A stretch of 64,000 bases of DNA from Patescibacteria group bacterium (lineage in GTDB: Bacteria; Patescibacteriota; Patescibacteriia; UM-FILTER-42-10), in contig JBAYGW010000001.1 in the NCBI GenBank assembly GCA_041666485.1, positions 15,299 to 79,298 on the forward strand, given 5' to 3'. The notes below the pieces were generated by a model that did no database searches, had not been told where the DNA came from, and worked only from the letters and a program-made list of their open reading frames with translations. A program made the translations under genes and the position numbers. Numbering within the stretch: position 1 is the first letter of the stretch; the number at the start of each line of letters is the position of its first letter. Positions 56,688-64,000 of the stretch are shown here, one piece after another.

Positions 56688-58352
56688 CTATTTATTTTTT
56701 ACACCAAACAACCAAAGTCCGTGCCATTTTTTGATGGCTGAGATTCTTAAAAAGTTTCTGGTAATGGTAATTGCGGAAAACATGCTGATCAATATCCCCA
56801 TTGCCAATGTTATTGCAAAACCTTTAATCAAGCTCGTTCCAAACCAGGTAAGAATCAAACAAGTGATTAGAGAAGATACGTTTGAATCGCGAATAGACGG
56901 CCAAGCACGTTTAAAACCGTCCTCAATCGCGCTGAGTAACGGTTTACCTAATCTCAACTCTTCTTTCATTCTTTCAAAAATAAGCACATTGGCATCAACA
57001 GCCATACCGATTGACAGTATGAATCCGGCGATACCCGCTAACGTAAGCGTCACCGGCCAAAGCTTGAATAAGGCTAGTGCTAACAATGAATAGATAAGCA
57101 GGGCAATCACAGACAATAACCCCGGTAGACGATAATAAATTATCATAAACAAAGCAACGAGAACTAGCCCAACGATACCCGCAAACAGACTTCTTTCAAT
57201 TGATTCTTGACCAAGCGTTGCCCCAATGTTTTGCTGATTAAGCAGTGATATCGGGATAGGCAGCGCTCCAGAGTTGAGTCTTCTGGTTAAAATTTTTGCT
57301 TCTTCCAAGGTAAAGCTCCCGGTAATTGACGCCTCCCCCGTTGTTATTTCTGATTGGACAACCGGAATACTGATTGGTGCGTGATCAAGATATATTGCAA
57401 CAGGTTTCCCCAAATTTCGTTTGGTAACTTCTGCAAACAACTTGGTGCCCTCATCATTGAATTTCAAACTAATCTCAGGCTGTCCGGTTGATTGATCAAA
57501 CTGAACCTGGGCGCTTTGCAAGTGTTTGCCTGATAAACCGGTATTCACATAATTCGTTGAGTCTGCGGCTTCCTTTGATTGAGTCTGGATCAATATTTGA
57601 CGTGCTCTTGCCTTTTCTTCCTCCACACCCTGGTCATTAACAGTCGTTGTTTTACTTTCCAGCTTAATAATATGGTATCCGTATTGGGTTTGGACTAACT
57701 CCGGATATACTTTTCCAACCTCCGCTTTTTCAAACACTACTTCATCAAATTCAGGCACCATTGCCCCTCTTCCGAACTCCCCTAAATCGCCGCCATTTTT
57801 GGACGAGGAGCCCTCACTTTTTTCATCAGCTAAAGTTGCAAAATCGGTATTGGGATCAAGCGCTGAAAGCAAAATTTCTTCAGCTCTAATTTTAGCATCA
57901 GCATTATACGCATCCATTGCCTGAGTTTGCTCTGCAGTTAGTTCAACTGGCGCCTGCTCTCTAAACTCCAATAAAGGTGTTTCACCGATCATTTGGATAG
58001 CCTGCGTAATGTCAGATACCCCAGGAAGCTCAACAATCACGCGATAATCATCACCAGATTTATTAGTTTGCACAATTGGCTCCGATACGCCAAAAGAATT
58101 TACTCTTCTCTCTATTACATCTCGCACGCCTTCTATAGCATCCGGTTTTTCTGCAGCAGCAATACCACTGGTATCAGCCTGGTAAACTAAATGCGTCCCA
58201 CCTTGTAAATCCAAGCCAAGGTGAACTTTTATCTCTTTAAAATAACTTCCGATTCGTATATTTGGACCCTTTGGCCAATCAACCAACCCAGCCAAAACAA
58301 CCAGCACTAATATCAGGGCGGAGCTGAGCCAGAGTCTTTTGCGTATTGTCAT
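56688..58352 (-). CDS. secD: Protein translocase subunit SecD
   Basis: GLDLQGGTHLVYQAD, with periplasmic P1 and C-terminal TM bundle. Confidence 0.9.
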   Translation of the reverse strand: MTIRKRLWLSSALILVLVVLAGLVDWPKGPNIRIGSYFKEIKVHLGLDLQGGTHLVYQADTSGIAAAEKPDAIEGVRDVIERRVNSFGVSEPIVQTNKSGDDYRVIVELPGVSDITQAIQMIGETPLLEFREQAPVELTAEQTQAMDAYNADAKIRAEEILLSALDPNTDFATLADEKSEGSSSKNGGDLGEFGRGAMVPEFDEVVFEKAEVGKVYPELVQTQYGYHIIKLESKTTTVNDQGVEEEKARARQILIQTQSKEAADSTNYVNTGLSGKHLQSAQVQFDQSTGQPEISLKFNDEGTKLFAEVTKRNLGKPVAIYLDHAPISIPVVQSEITTGEASITGSFTLEEAKILTRRLNSGALPIPISLLNQQNIGATLGQESIERSLFAGIVGLVLVALFMIIYYRLPGLLSVIALLIYSLLALALFKLWPVTLTLAGIAGFILSIGMAVDANVLIFERMKEELRLGKPLLSAIEDGFKRAWPSIRDSNVSSLITCLILTWFGTSLIKGFAITLAMGILISMFSAITITRNFLRISAIKKWHGLWLFGVKNK

Positions 58353-58400
58353 ATACTACTGGATATTGAAACAAACAAAAATTAGATAAATACTGTAAAG

Positions 58401-58429
58401 ATTATACACAAAATAGAAATTCTTATCAA
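58401..58429 (-). promoter_or_regulatory. Sigma70-type promoter (TTGATA-17-TATAAT) upstream of secDF
   Basis: The minus strand reads TTGATAagaatttctattttgtgTATAAT, about 45 nt upstream of the secD ATG. Confidence 0.4.
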
Positions 58430-58431
58430 AT

Positions 58432-59868
58432 CTAGTTACGAATAATAACCGGAATCCCCAAATTTGCCCATTGATAAACCCAGGCCGAATCGGTGCGGGA
58501 CATATTGATACACCCATGACTCATACGGTGACCGAAGTTATTATGCCAATATGTGCCATGGATCGTGTATGCCCCATAAAAAGACAGGACAAACGGAACA
58601 TCCTTGAGATCGTAGTTATCCGGATTATCCGGACCATAAAACCAGCTCATATCGGTTGATTCACGCTTCCAATATACATTATATTCACCGATAGGTGTGT
58701 CGTGTTTACCCTTGATTCCTGAGGAAATAAGAAATGAGTCAACCAATTTATCGTTTTCATAGGCGTATAATTTCTGTTCGGTAAGATTCACCTCAATGTA
58801 TTTGTAATAATCCGGCCTGTTCACTTCTTGCCATGCACTAGGCCCGGTTATAATGTCGTCTATTCCATCTCCAGTAATATCACCCACAGCAACGTTCACG
58901 CCACCTCTAAAATCTTTTTCGTAAGCAAAAAATGAATTCGCGACAAGGGTGCCATTAGCTTCAAACATCCTGATATGTGGACCACCTGCTCTCGTTGGAA
59001 CAGTTACCACCTCATCAAAACCGTCATTGTCAACATCGCCGGCAGCAACCCGGGTTCCACCCTGAAAATAATCAGGATATGAATAAAATTCTCCTAAGAT
59101 TGTCCTTTTGGCATCAAACTTATATACTTTTGTCCAGGTTTTACCGAATTTTTCCACTGCCATAACAATCTCTTCCTCGGGACCCCCATCAAAATTTCCA
59201 ACAGCCAGTGAGACCCCTCCGCGATCGCCTGAACGAAATGGAAGGAAATCAATTCCCTGAAAATCCCCCAGATAATTAAACACGCGAACATGCGCTCCGC
59301 CTGACGAACCGGGTGCTGCTACAATTTCATCCTTTCCGTCGCCATTAACATCACCGACTGCAACATTTACTCCACCACGCATGTCTTCGGCAAACGCAAA
59401 AAAACCTGGGGTAAATTTCGGATTGCCGTTAACATCAAATATACGGACATGTGGTCCACCGCCGGAACCTGAACCAGTTACTATTTCAATTTCTCCATCA
59501 CCGTTTAAATCACCGCATGCCACCGTAATACCGTTTCTAAAAGATTCCGCATAGGCCAAAAAACCGGTTACTTTAAATGAGTAGGGCCAGATTATTTTTA
59601 CATTCGGACCGCCGCCCGGTCCGGCACCGACGATAATTTCATTTTTACCGTTACCGTCCACATCACACGTTGCTACAGAAACACCCCCCTCAAAACTCTC
59701 GGGATAGACATTTAAACTTCTTCTAATATCTCCAGCAGAACTGAAAACCCGTATTTCGGGAGCGCGGGTTTTGGTATAAGCAAATGAAGTAAATGGTATT
59801 ACTACTAATATAGTTGCGGTAAATAGTATCTTCTTTAGCATACGTATATTGTAACAAAATATATGCAA
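58432..59868 (-). CDS. Secreted FG-GAP-like repeat beta-propeller fused to L,D-transpeptidase (YkuD) domain
   Basis: A signal peptide, then about six repeats F-AY-x-F-GG-[SN]VA-GD[VL][ND]GDG-x-[DE]EI[VI]-G-GGGP[HN]V[RK][IV]F. The C-terminus is HGTYWHNNFGHRMSHGCINM (catalytic His/Cys of YkuD). Confidence 0.75.
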   Translation of the reverse strand: MHIFCYNIRMLKKILFTATILVVIPFTSFAYTKTRAPEIRVFSSAGDIRRSLNVYPESFEGGVSVATCDVDGNGKNEIIVGAGPGGGPNVKIIWPYSFKVTGFLAYAESFRNGITVACGDLNGDGEIEIVTGSGSGGGPHVRIFDVNGNPKFTPGFFAFAEDMRGGVNVAVGDVNGDGKDEIVAAPGSSGGAHVRVFNYLGDFQGIDFLPFRSGDRGGVSLAVGNFDGGPEEEIVMAVEKFGKTWTKVYKFDAKRTILGEFYSYPDYFQGGTRVAAGDVDNDGFDEVVTVPTRAGGPHIRMFEANGTLVANSFFAYEKDFRGGVNVAVGDITGDGIDDIITGPSAWQEVNRPDYYKYIEVNLTEQKLYAYENDKLVDSFLISSGIKGKHDTPIGEYNVYWKRESTDMSWFYGPDNPDNYDLKDVPFVLSFYGAYTIHGTYWHNNFGHRMSHGCINMSRTDSAWVYQWANLGIPVIIRN

Positions 59869-59870
59869 AC

Positions 59871-59899
59871 AAAAAAGAGGAGATCAATCCTCTTTTTTT
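59871..59899. terminator. Bidirectional-type terminator between the two FG-GAP/Ldt paralogs
   Basis: AAGAGGA-gatcaa-TCCTCTT (7-bp stem) flanked by an A-run (left) and a T-run (right). Confidence 0.5.
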
Positions 59900-59907
59900 A
59901 TTACTTA

Positions 59908-61335
59908 CTAATCCTTTACAATCACCGTCGTTCCTACATCCGCCCAATTATACAACTTTTCAGCCGGACCAACGCCTAGTCGTACACAGCCATGTGAAAC
60001 TCTGACGCCGAGATGATTTTGTCCTTCTTTATAACCATTGGCCCACTCGGGTAATTCGTGCAGTCCATATCCACGTGAATCAAACTGCATCCAAAATGGC
60101 ATGTAAAGATTATAAGCACCTGAATATGCTTTTCTATTTTTATTCTGGATGTTAAACGTCCCAAGCGGTGTCGGCATTGACCACTTACCGGTTGAAACCT
60201 GAGCTGTATCAATCAAGTAACCGTTTTCATAATATTTCAGAATTTGATCAGAAATATCAACCTCAATATATTTTTTCAAGTCGGTTCGCCCTTCAGTAGA
60301 TCGTTTACTCGGTGCAACAATTATTTCGTCAATTGAATCATTATCAACATCGCCGGCAGCTAGCATTACACCGCCACGAAATTCTTCTTCAAACGCGAAA
60401 ATAGAATCCGGGTGAGCATAGCCATAAGCTTCAAAATAACGGACGTGTGGGCCACCGCCGGTATTGGCAGCGACAACAATCTCATCTAAACCATCCTGAT
60501 CAACATCCGCATTAGTAAGGTTGATACCTTTTTTGAATGTTTCCGGGAAAGCTCTGAACATACCAAGTACAGTTTTTTCCGGATTGGTTTTATAAACTTT
60601 CACCCAAGCTTCATCTGAAGACTGAACACCAAATATTAATTCTTCCTCCGCACCACCGTCCACATTTCCGCATGCAATACTAACCCCGCCATGATAGGTT
60701 GATGCAAATGGAAAATAATCTATTCCCATATAAGTTCCGTCTTTTTCAAAAACACGAACATGCGGTCCTCCACCAATTCCTGCACCCGTTACAATTTCCT
60801 TATCGCCGTCACCGTTTACGTCACACGTTGCAATATTAACCCCGCCCATAAAACTTTCCTGGTAGGCAAAAAATCCCAAGGTAAATTTTGGATTTCCTTT
60901 TCCATCAAAAACTCTTACATGAGGTGTCGCACCGAAACGCGTGCTCACAACAATTTCATCTTTCCCGTCACCGTCCAGATCACCTGATGCCACATTGACT
61001 CCTTTACTGTAATTTGTACCATAAGCAAAAAATCCAGAAATAAATATTCCTTCGGAATTAAATATTTTTATGTGTGGTCCGCCGCCGGGACCGGGAGCAA
61101 CTACAATTTCTTCTTTACCATCGCCGTTTACATCACCCGTAGCTACTGACGCTCCTCCTTTAAAACTTTCATCATAAGCGAGGAACGACTTTTCCTGAAC
61201 ATTTTTGTCCGATGAGAATATTCGGACGTCGGGTGCACGGTACTCCGTGGCAGATGCAATTTTCGGTAACAAAAAAACAGTACTAGCAAGCACTGCCAAC
61301 GTTAAAAATTTATTCTTTGGGTGTTGTATTTTCAT
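59908..61335 (-). CDS. Secreted FG-GAP-like repeat beta-propeller fused to L,D-transpeptidase (YkuD) domain, paralog 2
   Basis: Same architecture as the first paralog: repeats GDVNGDGKEEIVVAPGPGGGPHIKIF etc., and a C-terminus GLHELPEW..GVRVSHGCVRLG. Confidence 0.75.
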   Translation of the reverse strand: MKIQHPKNKFLTLAVLASTVFLLPKIASATEYRAPDVRIFSSDKNVQEKSFLAYDESFKGGASVATGDVNGDGKEEIVVAPGPGGGPHIKIFNSEGIFISGFFAYGTNYSKGVNVASGDLDGDGKDEIVVSTRFGATPHVRVFDGKGNPKFTLGFFAYQESFMGGVNIATCDVNGDGDKEIVTGAGIGGGPHVRVFEKDGTYMGIDYFPFASTYHGGVSIACGNVDGGAEEELIFGVQSSDEAWVKVYKTNPEKTVLGMFRAFPETFKKGINLTNADVDQDGLDEIVVAANTGGGPHVRYFEAYGYAHPDSIFAFEEEFRGGVMLAAGDVDNDSIDEIIVAPSKRSTEGRTDLKKYIEVDISDQILKYYENGYLIDTAQVSTGKWSMPTPLGTFNIQNKNRKAYSGAYNLYMPFWMQFDSRGYGLHELPEWANGYKEGQNHLGVRVSHGCVRLGVGPAEKLYNWADVGTTVIVKD

Positions 61336-61513
61336 TTTGTTTTTGTTTTGGCTATTTCAATCTATAGAAATAGGCCAGAGATGGCCCAATATTTTTCGAT
61401 TATTATTTCGAAATTATTTATTATTTTTGAGGTCATCTCTAGCCTCTGTTTTTGTTTTTTTGTTTGTTTTATAAAGAACTATACTACTATATTAGCACAT
61501 TTTTCACCTTCTG

Positions 61514-62257
61514 TCAACGCTTCTTTCCAATATACACACCATTAAATCCATCATTTGATTTTACCCGTCTCCCCTTTTTCATATAATATTTTTCTAATGT
61601 TTCAATGTTATTATTTTTTGCCAATTTTTCTATCTCGCCTAATCTGAATGCATGGCAATAACGATTGACAATAACTTCACCCTCCGGATTTTTCCACGCT
61701 TTTTCCGTGTCAAAAAAATCTAAAGCAGATCTTCCAATAATTTTATTTATCACATTTTTTAAAATCAAATTCCTTCTGCTTTTTTCCCACATATTCCAAT
61801 ATGTCATTATAAATATTCCGCCCGGCTTCAGCACTCTTGCTATTTCCTTAACAGACTGATTACGTAATTCATGTGACGGAATATGATATAAGCTTGCAAC
61901 TGCAAACACTATATCAAATGACTGATCAGCGAATGGTAATTCTGTTGCTGATGCTTTGAGAAAGCTATAGCTTGAAATTGAACTGGTTATTTTTTCATCA
62001 GCAATTTTTTTAGCAATTTGAACCAGTTTTTCAGAAACATCAATCCCGACATATTTAATTCCATATTTCACAAGAAAATTAAGAAACCTGCCATTTCCAC
62101 AGCCCACATCTAATACTGAAATCCCTGTTTGCAGGTACTTATCAAAATCATAAAATTCACTCCAATCTTTGTATCTTGTTTGGGAAAAATGATCGGCTAT
62201 GTTATCATAATCGGACGCTACTTTTTCTATTATCAAATTTGCTGTATTCTTATTCAT
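61514..62257 (-). CDS. Class I SAM-dependent methyltransferase
   Basis: Motif I VLDVGCGNGRF, post-I IDVSEKL, and motif II DIVFAVASLYH. The ORF track starts at TTG 62266; the ATG at 62257 is more likely. Confidence 0.8.
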   Translation of the reverse strand: MNKNTANLIIEKVASDYDNIADHFSQTRYKDWSEFYDFDKYLQTGISVLDVGCGNGRFLNFLVKYGIKYVGIDVSEKLVQIAKKIADEKITSSISSYSFLKASATELPFADQSFDIVFAVASLYHIPSHELRNQSVKEIARVLKPGGIFIMTYWNMWEKSRRNLILKNVINKIIGRSALDFFDTEKAWKNPEGEVIVNRYCHAFRLGEIEKLAKNNNIETLEKYYMKKGRRVKSNDGFNGVYIGKKR

Positions 62258-63916
62258 ATGAATCAAAATTTATTAACACAATTTATTACAGAGGCGCTTA
62301 AATCTGGCCTGGAAGATAAAAGCGATTTTTACCTGTTCAAAAGGCAGTTTTCAAAAACACACAAGATCCCCTTTTATACTAACAATGTCATTCTAGCGCA
62401 TTACCGCAAATTGGTTAATGATGGTGTTTTAATAGAGAACAATAAATTTGTTCGGCTATTGCGGATTCGGGACATCAGAACATTATCCGGAATAGCATCA
62501 ATTGGAGTACACACCAAGCCCCTTCCCTGCCCGGGCAAGTGCATTTACTGTCCTACCGAAAAAGGAATGCCAAAAAGCTATCTCTCTACCCAACCCGCGG
62601 TGATGCGTTCCATGGGTCAAAAGTTTGATCCGTACAAAATGGTGAAAGCAAGATTACGGGCATACTATGAAAATGGTCATCCGACGGATAAATGTGAATT
62701 GATTGTAATGGGTGGAACTTGGTCTTTTCACAATAAGCTATATCAGGTCTGGTATTTGAAAAGATGTATGGACGCCTTTAACGACGGAATTAAAAGTAGC
62801 AGAAGAAGCAGAATTGATCTTAAGGAAGTTAAGGAACCAAAAAATTATGCCGAAGCCAAGAAAATATATCGGGACTTACTTACTAAACTGAAACGCGCCC
62901 AGATTCAGAATGAAAAAGCTTACAATAGAGTTGTCGGCATCACACTTGAAACCAGGCCGGATTTTGTCAGTACAAAAGAAGTGCGTATAATGCGTGAGCT
63001 AGGCGCAACTAGAGTGGAGCTGGGTGTGCAAAGTATTCACGATCACATCCTGGATATTAACAAAAGAGGTCATAAGGTAAAAGCAACAGTCAGAGCCACT
63101 CAGCTATATAAAGATGCCGGTTTTAAAATTACCTACCATCTGATGCCGGGACTATATAAAGCCACATTAAAAAATGATTTAGAAATGTTCCATGAGATAT
63201 TTGAGAATCAGGATTTTCAGCCGGATCAGATAAAAATCTACCCGACAATCGTATCTGAATTTTCCGAGCTTTACGATTTATGGAAAACCGGCAAATATAA
63301 ACCATATTCCGACAAAAAGCTTAAACTACTACTTAAGGAGATTAAACTGCTTTGCCCGCCATATATCCGCATTGCAAGGCTATTTCGGGATATTCCAAAA
63401 CAAAGTATTGCCGGCGGAATGCAGATCACGAATATCCGCCAAATTATTCTCAATGAACTGAAGGAAGAGGGCAAATCGTGCCGGTGCATCAGATGTCGTG
63501 AAGCAGGTGGAATCACAGTTTCCCAAAAAGACGTCCGCCTAGTGAAACGGATGTATAAAGCCTCCGGCGGAACGGAAATATTTTTAAGCTATGAATCAAA
63601 GGATTATTCAACTATTTTTGCTTTTTGCCGGCTGAGATTCCCCAAAAATTGGAATAAAGATCATTATATTATTGCGCTGCAGAACTCCGCGTTGATCAGA
63701 GAGCTGCATACTTACGGGGAAATGATCCCGTTAGCAACCAAAAAAGGTAAAACACAGCATATCGGTTTCGGCAAACGACTGATGCAAGAAGCGGAAAAGC
63801 TTTCTATGAATAAAGGATATAAAAAAATAGCCGTTATCTCCGGCATCGGGGTACGGGGCTATTATCGGAAAATGGGTTATCAGCTAGAGGATGAATATAT
63901 GGTCAAAAGCATTTAA
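62258..63916 (+). CDS. elp3: Elp3-family tRNA modification enzyme (radical SAM + GNAT acetyltransferase)
   Basis: CPGKCIYCP radical-SAM cluster. Long collinear similarity to eukaryotic and archaeal Elp3: ELIVMGGTWSF, VGITLETRPDF, VELGVQSIHD, KIYPTIV, IAVISGIGVRGYYRKMGYQLEDEYMVK. The ORF track begins at 62129; the ATG at 62258 matches the family. Confidence 0.85.
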   Translation: MNQNLLTQFITEALKSGLEDKSDFYLFKRQFSKTHKIPFYTNNVILAHYRKLVNDGVLIENNKFVRLLRIRDIRTLSGIASIGVHTKPLPCPGKCIYCPTEKGMPKSYLSTQPAVMRSMGQKFDPYKMVKARLRAYYENGHPTDKCELIVMGGTWSFHNKLYQVWYLKRCMDAFNDGIKSSRRSRIDLKEVKEPKNYAEAKKIYRDLLTKLKRAQIQNEKAYNRVVGITLETRPDFVSTKEVRIMRELGATRVELGVQSIHDHILDINKRGHKVKATVRATQLYKDAGFKITYHLMPGLYKATLKNDLEMFHEIFENQDFQPDQIKIYPTIVSEFSELYDLWKTGKYKPYSDKKLKLLLKEIKLLCPPYIRIARLFRDIPKQSIAGGMQITNIRQIILNELKEEGKSCRCIRCREAGGITVSQKDVRLVKRMYKASGGTEIFLSYESKDYSTIFAFCRLRFPKNWNKDHYIIALQNSALIRELHTYGEMIPLATKKGKTQHIGFGKRLMQEAEKLSMNKGYKKIAVISGIGVRGYYRKMGYQLEDEYMVKSI

Positions 63917-64000
63917 GAAAATACCCTCATCTAACTAACTTCGCAATTGCCAGCTTACCAAATTTCTGAATATTGGAATTTAAAGTACTGTATACAGTCT

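Noticed and set aside
1-64000. CRISPR arrays, rRNA genes, tRNA genes, IS elements and integrases
   Set aside because: I scanned every intergenic gap longer than 60 nt by eye. None contained regularly spaced direct repeats, rRNA-like conserved stretches, cloverleaf-compatible GC-rich 75-90 nt segments, or transposase or integrase-like ORFs.

Overview
This is a 64 kb, low-GC, very gene-dense window with almost no intergenic space. Genes overlap by 1-47 nt, and all but about six are on the minus strand. Many housekeeping proteins are minimal: AlaRS lacks the C-terminal domain, ProRS is the short form, RpoA lacks its alpha-CTD, and S9 and IF-1 carry N-terminal extensions. I infer a reduced-genome bacterium of the Patescibacteria/CPR kind; this is inference, not proof. 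The recognisable content falls into seven groups. (1) A long co-oriented run lysS-HD hydrolase-rdgB-serS-alr-ddl-ftsQ-orf232, a separately terminated greA, then pbp2-mreD-mreC-mreB-proS-rseP-frr-BNR protein-holB. (2) Two surface-glycan loci with GT2 and GT4 glycosyltransferases, a Wzy-like ligase, a Wzx flippase, a second MreB paralog and a DUF4012-like protein. (3) DUF2207, an ABC transporter, a HAMP-only sensor, an orphan Cas4-like nuclease and a UPF0182 protein. (4) Divergent dus. (5) A ribosomal alpha-operon block infA-rpmJ-rpsM-rpsK-rpsD-rpoA-rplQ-rplM-rpsI, preceded by alaS-mnmA. (6) A self-contained three-gene operon (sigma70-region-4/HARE-HTH protein + membrane-anchored protein + soluble TraD/VirD4-like ATPase) with its own consensus promoter and terminator, sitting next to secDF. 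(7) Two tandem FG-GAP propeller/L,D-transpeptidase fusion paralogs, a methyltransferase and a bacterial Elp3 homolog. I found no rRNA, tRNA, CRISPR array or transposase. The most promising candidate for an undescribed system is the HARE-HTH/membrane/VirD4-like operon at 51342-55726. Secondary curiosities are a frameshifted Wzx 5' end at a poly-A tract, a nuclease-like ORF welded to the ddl-ftsQ operon, and the FG-GAP/Ldt fusions.
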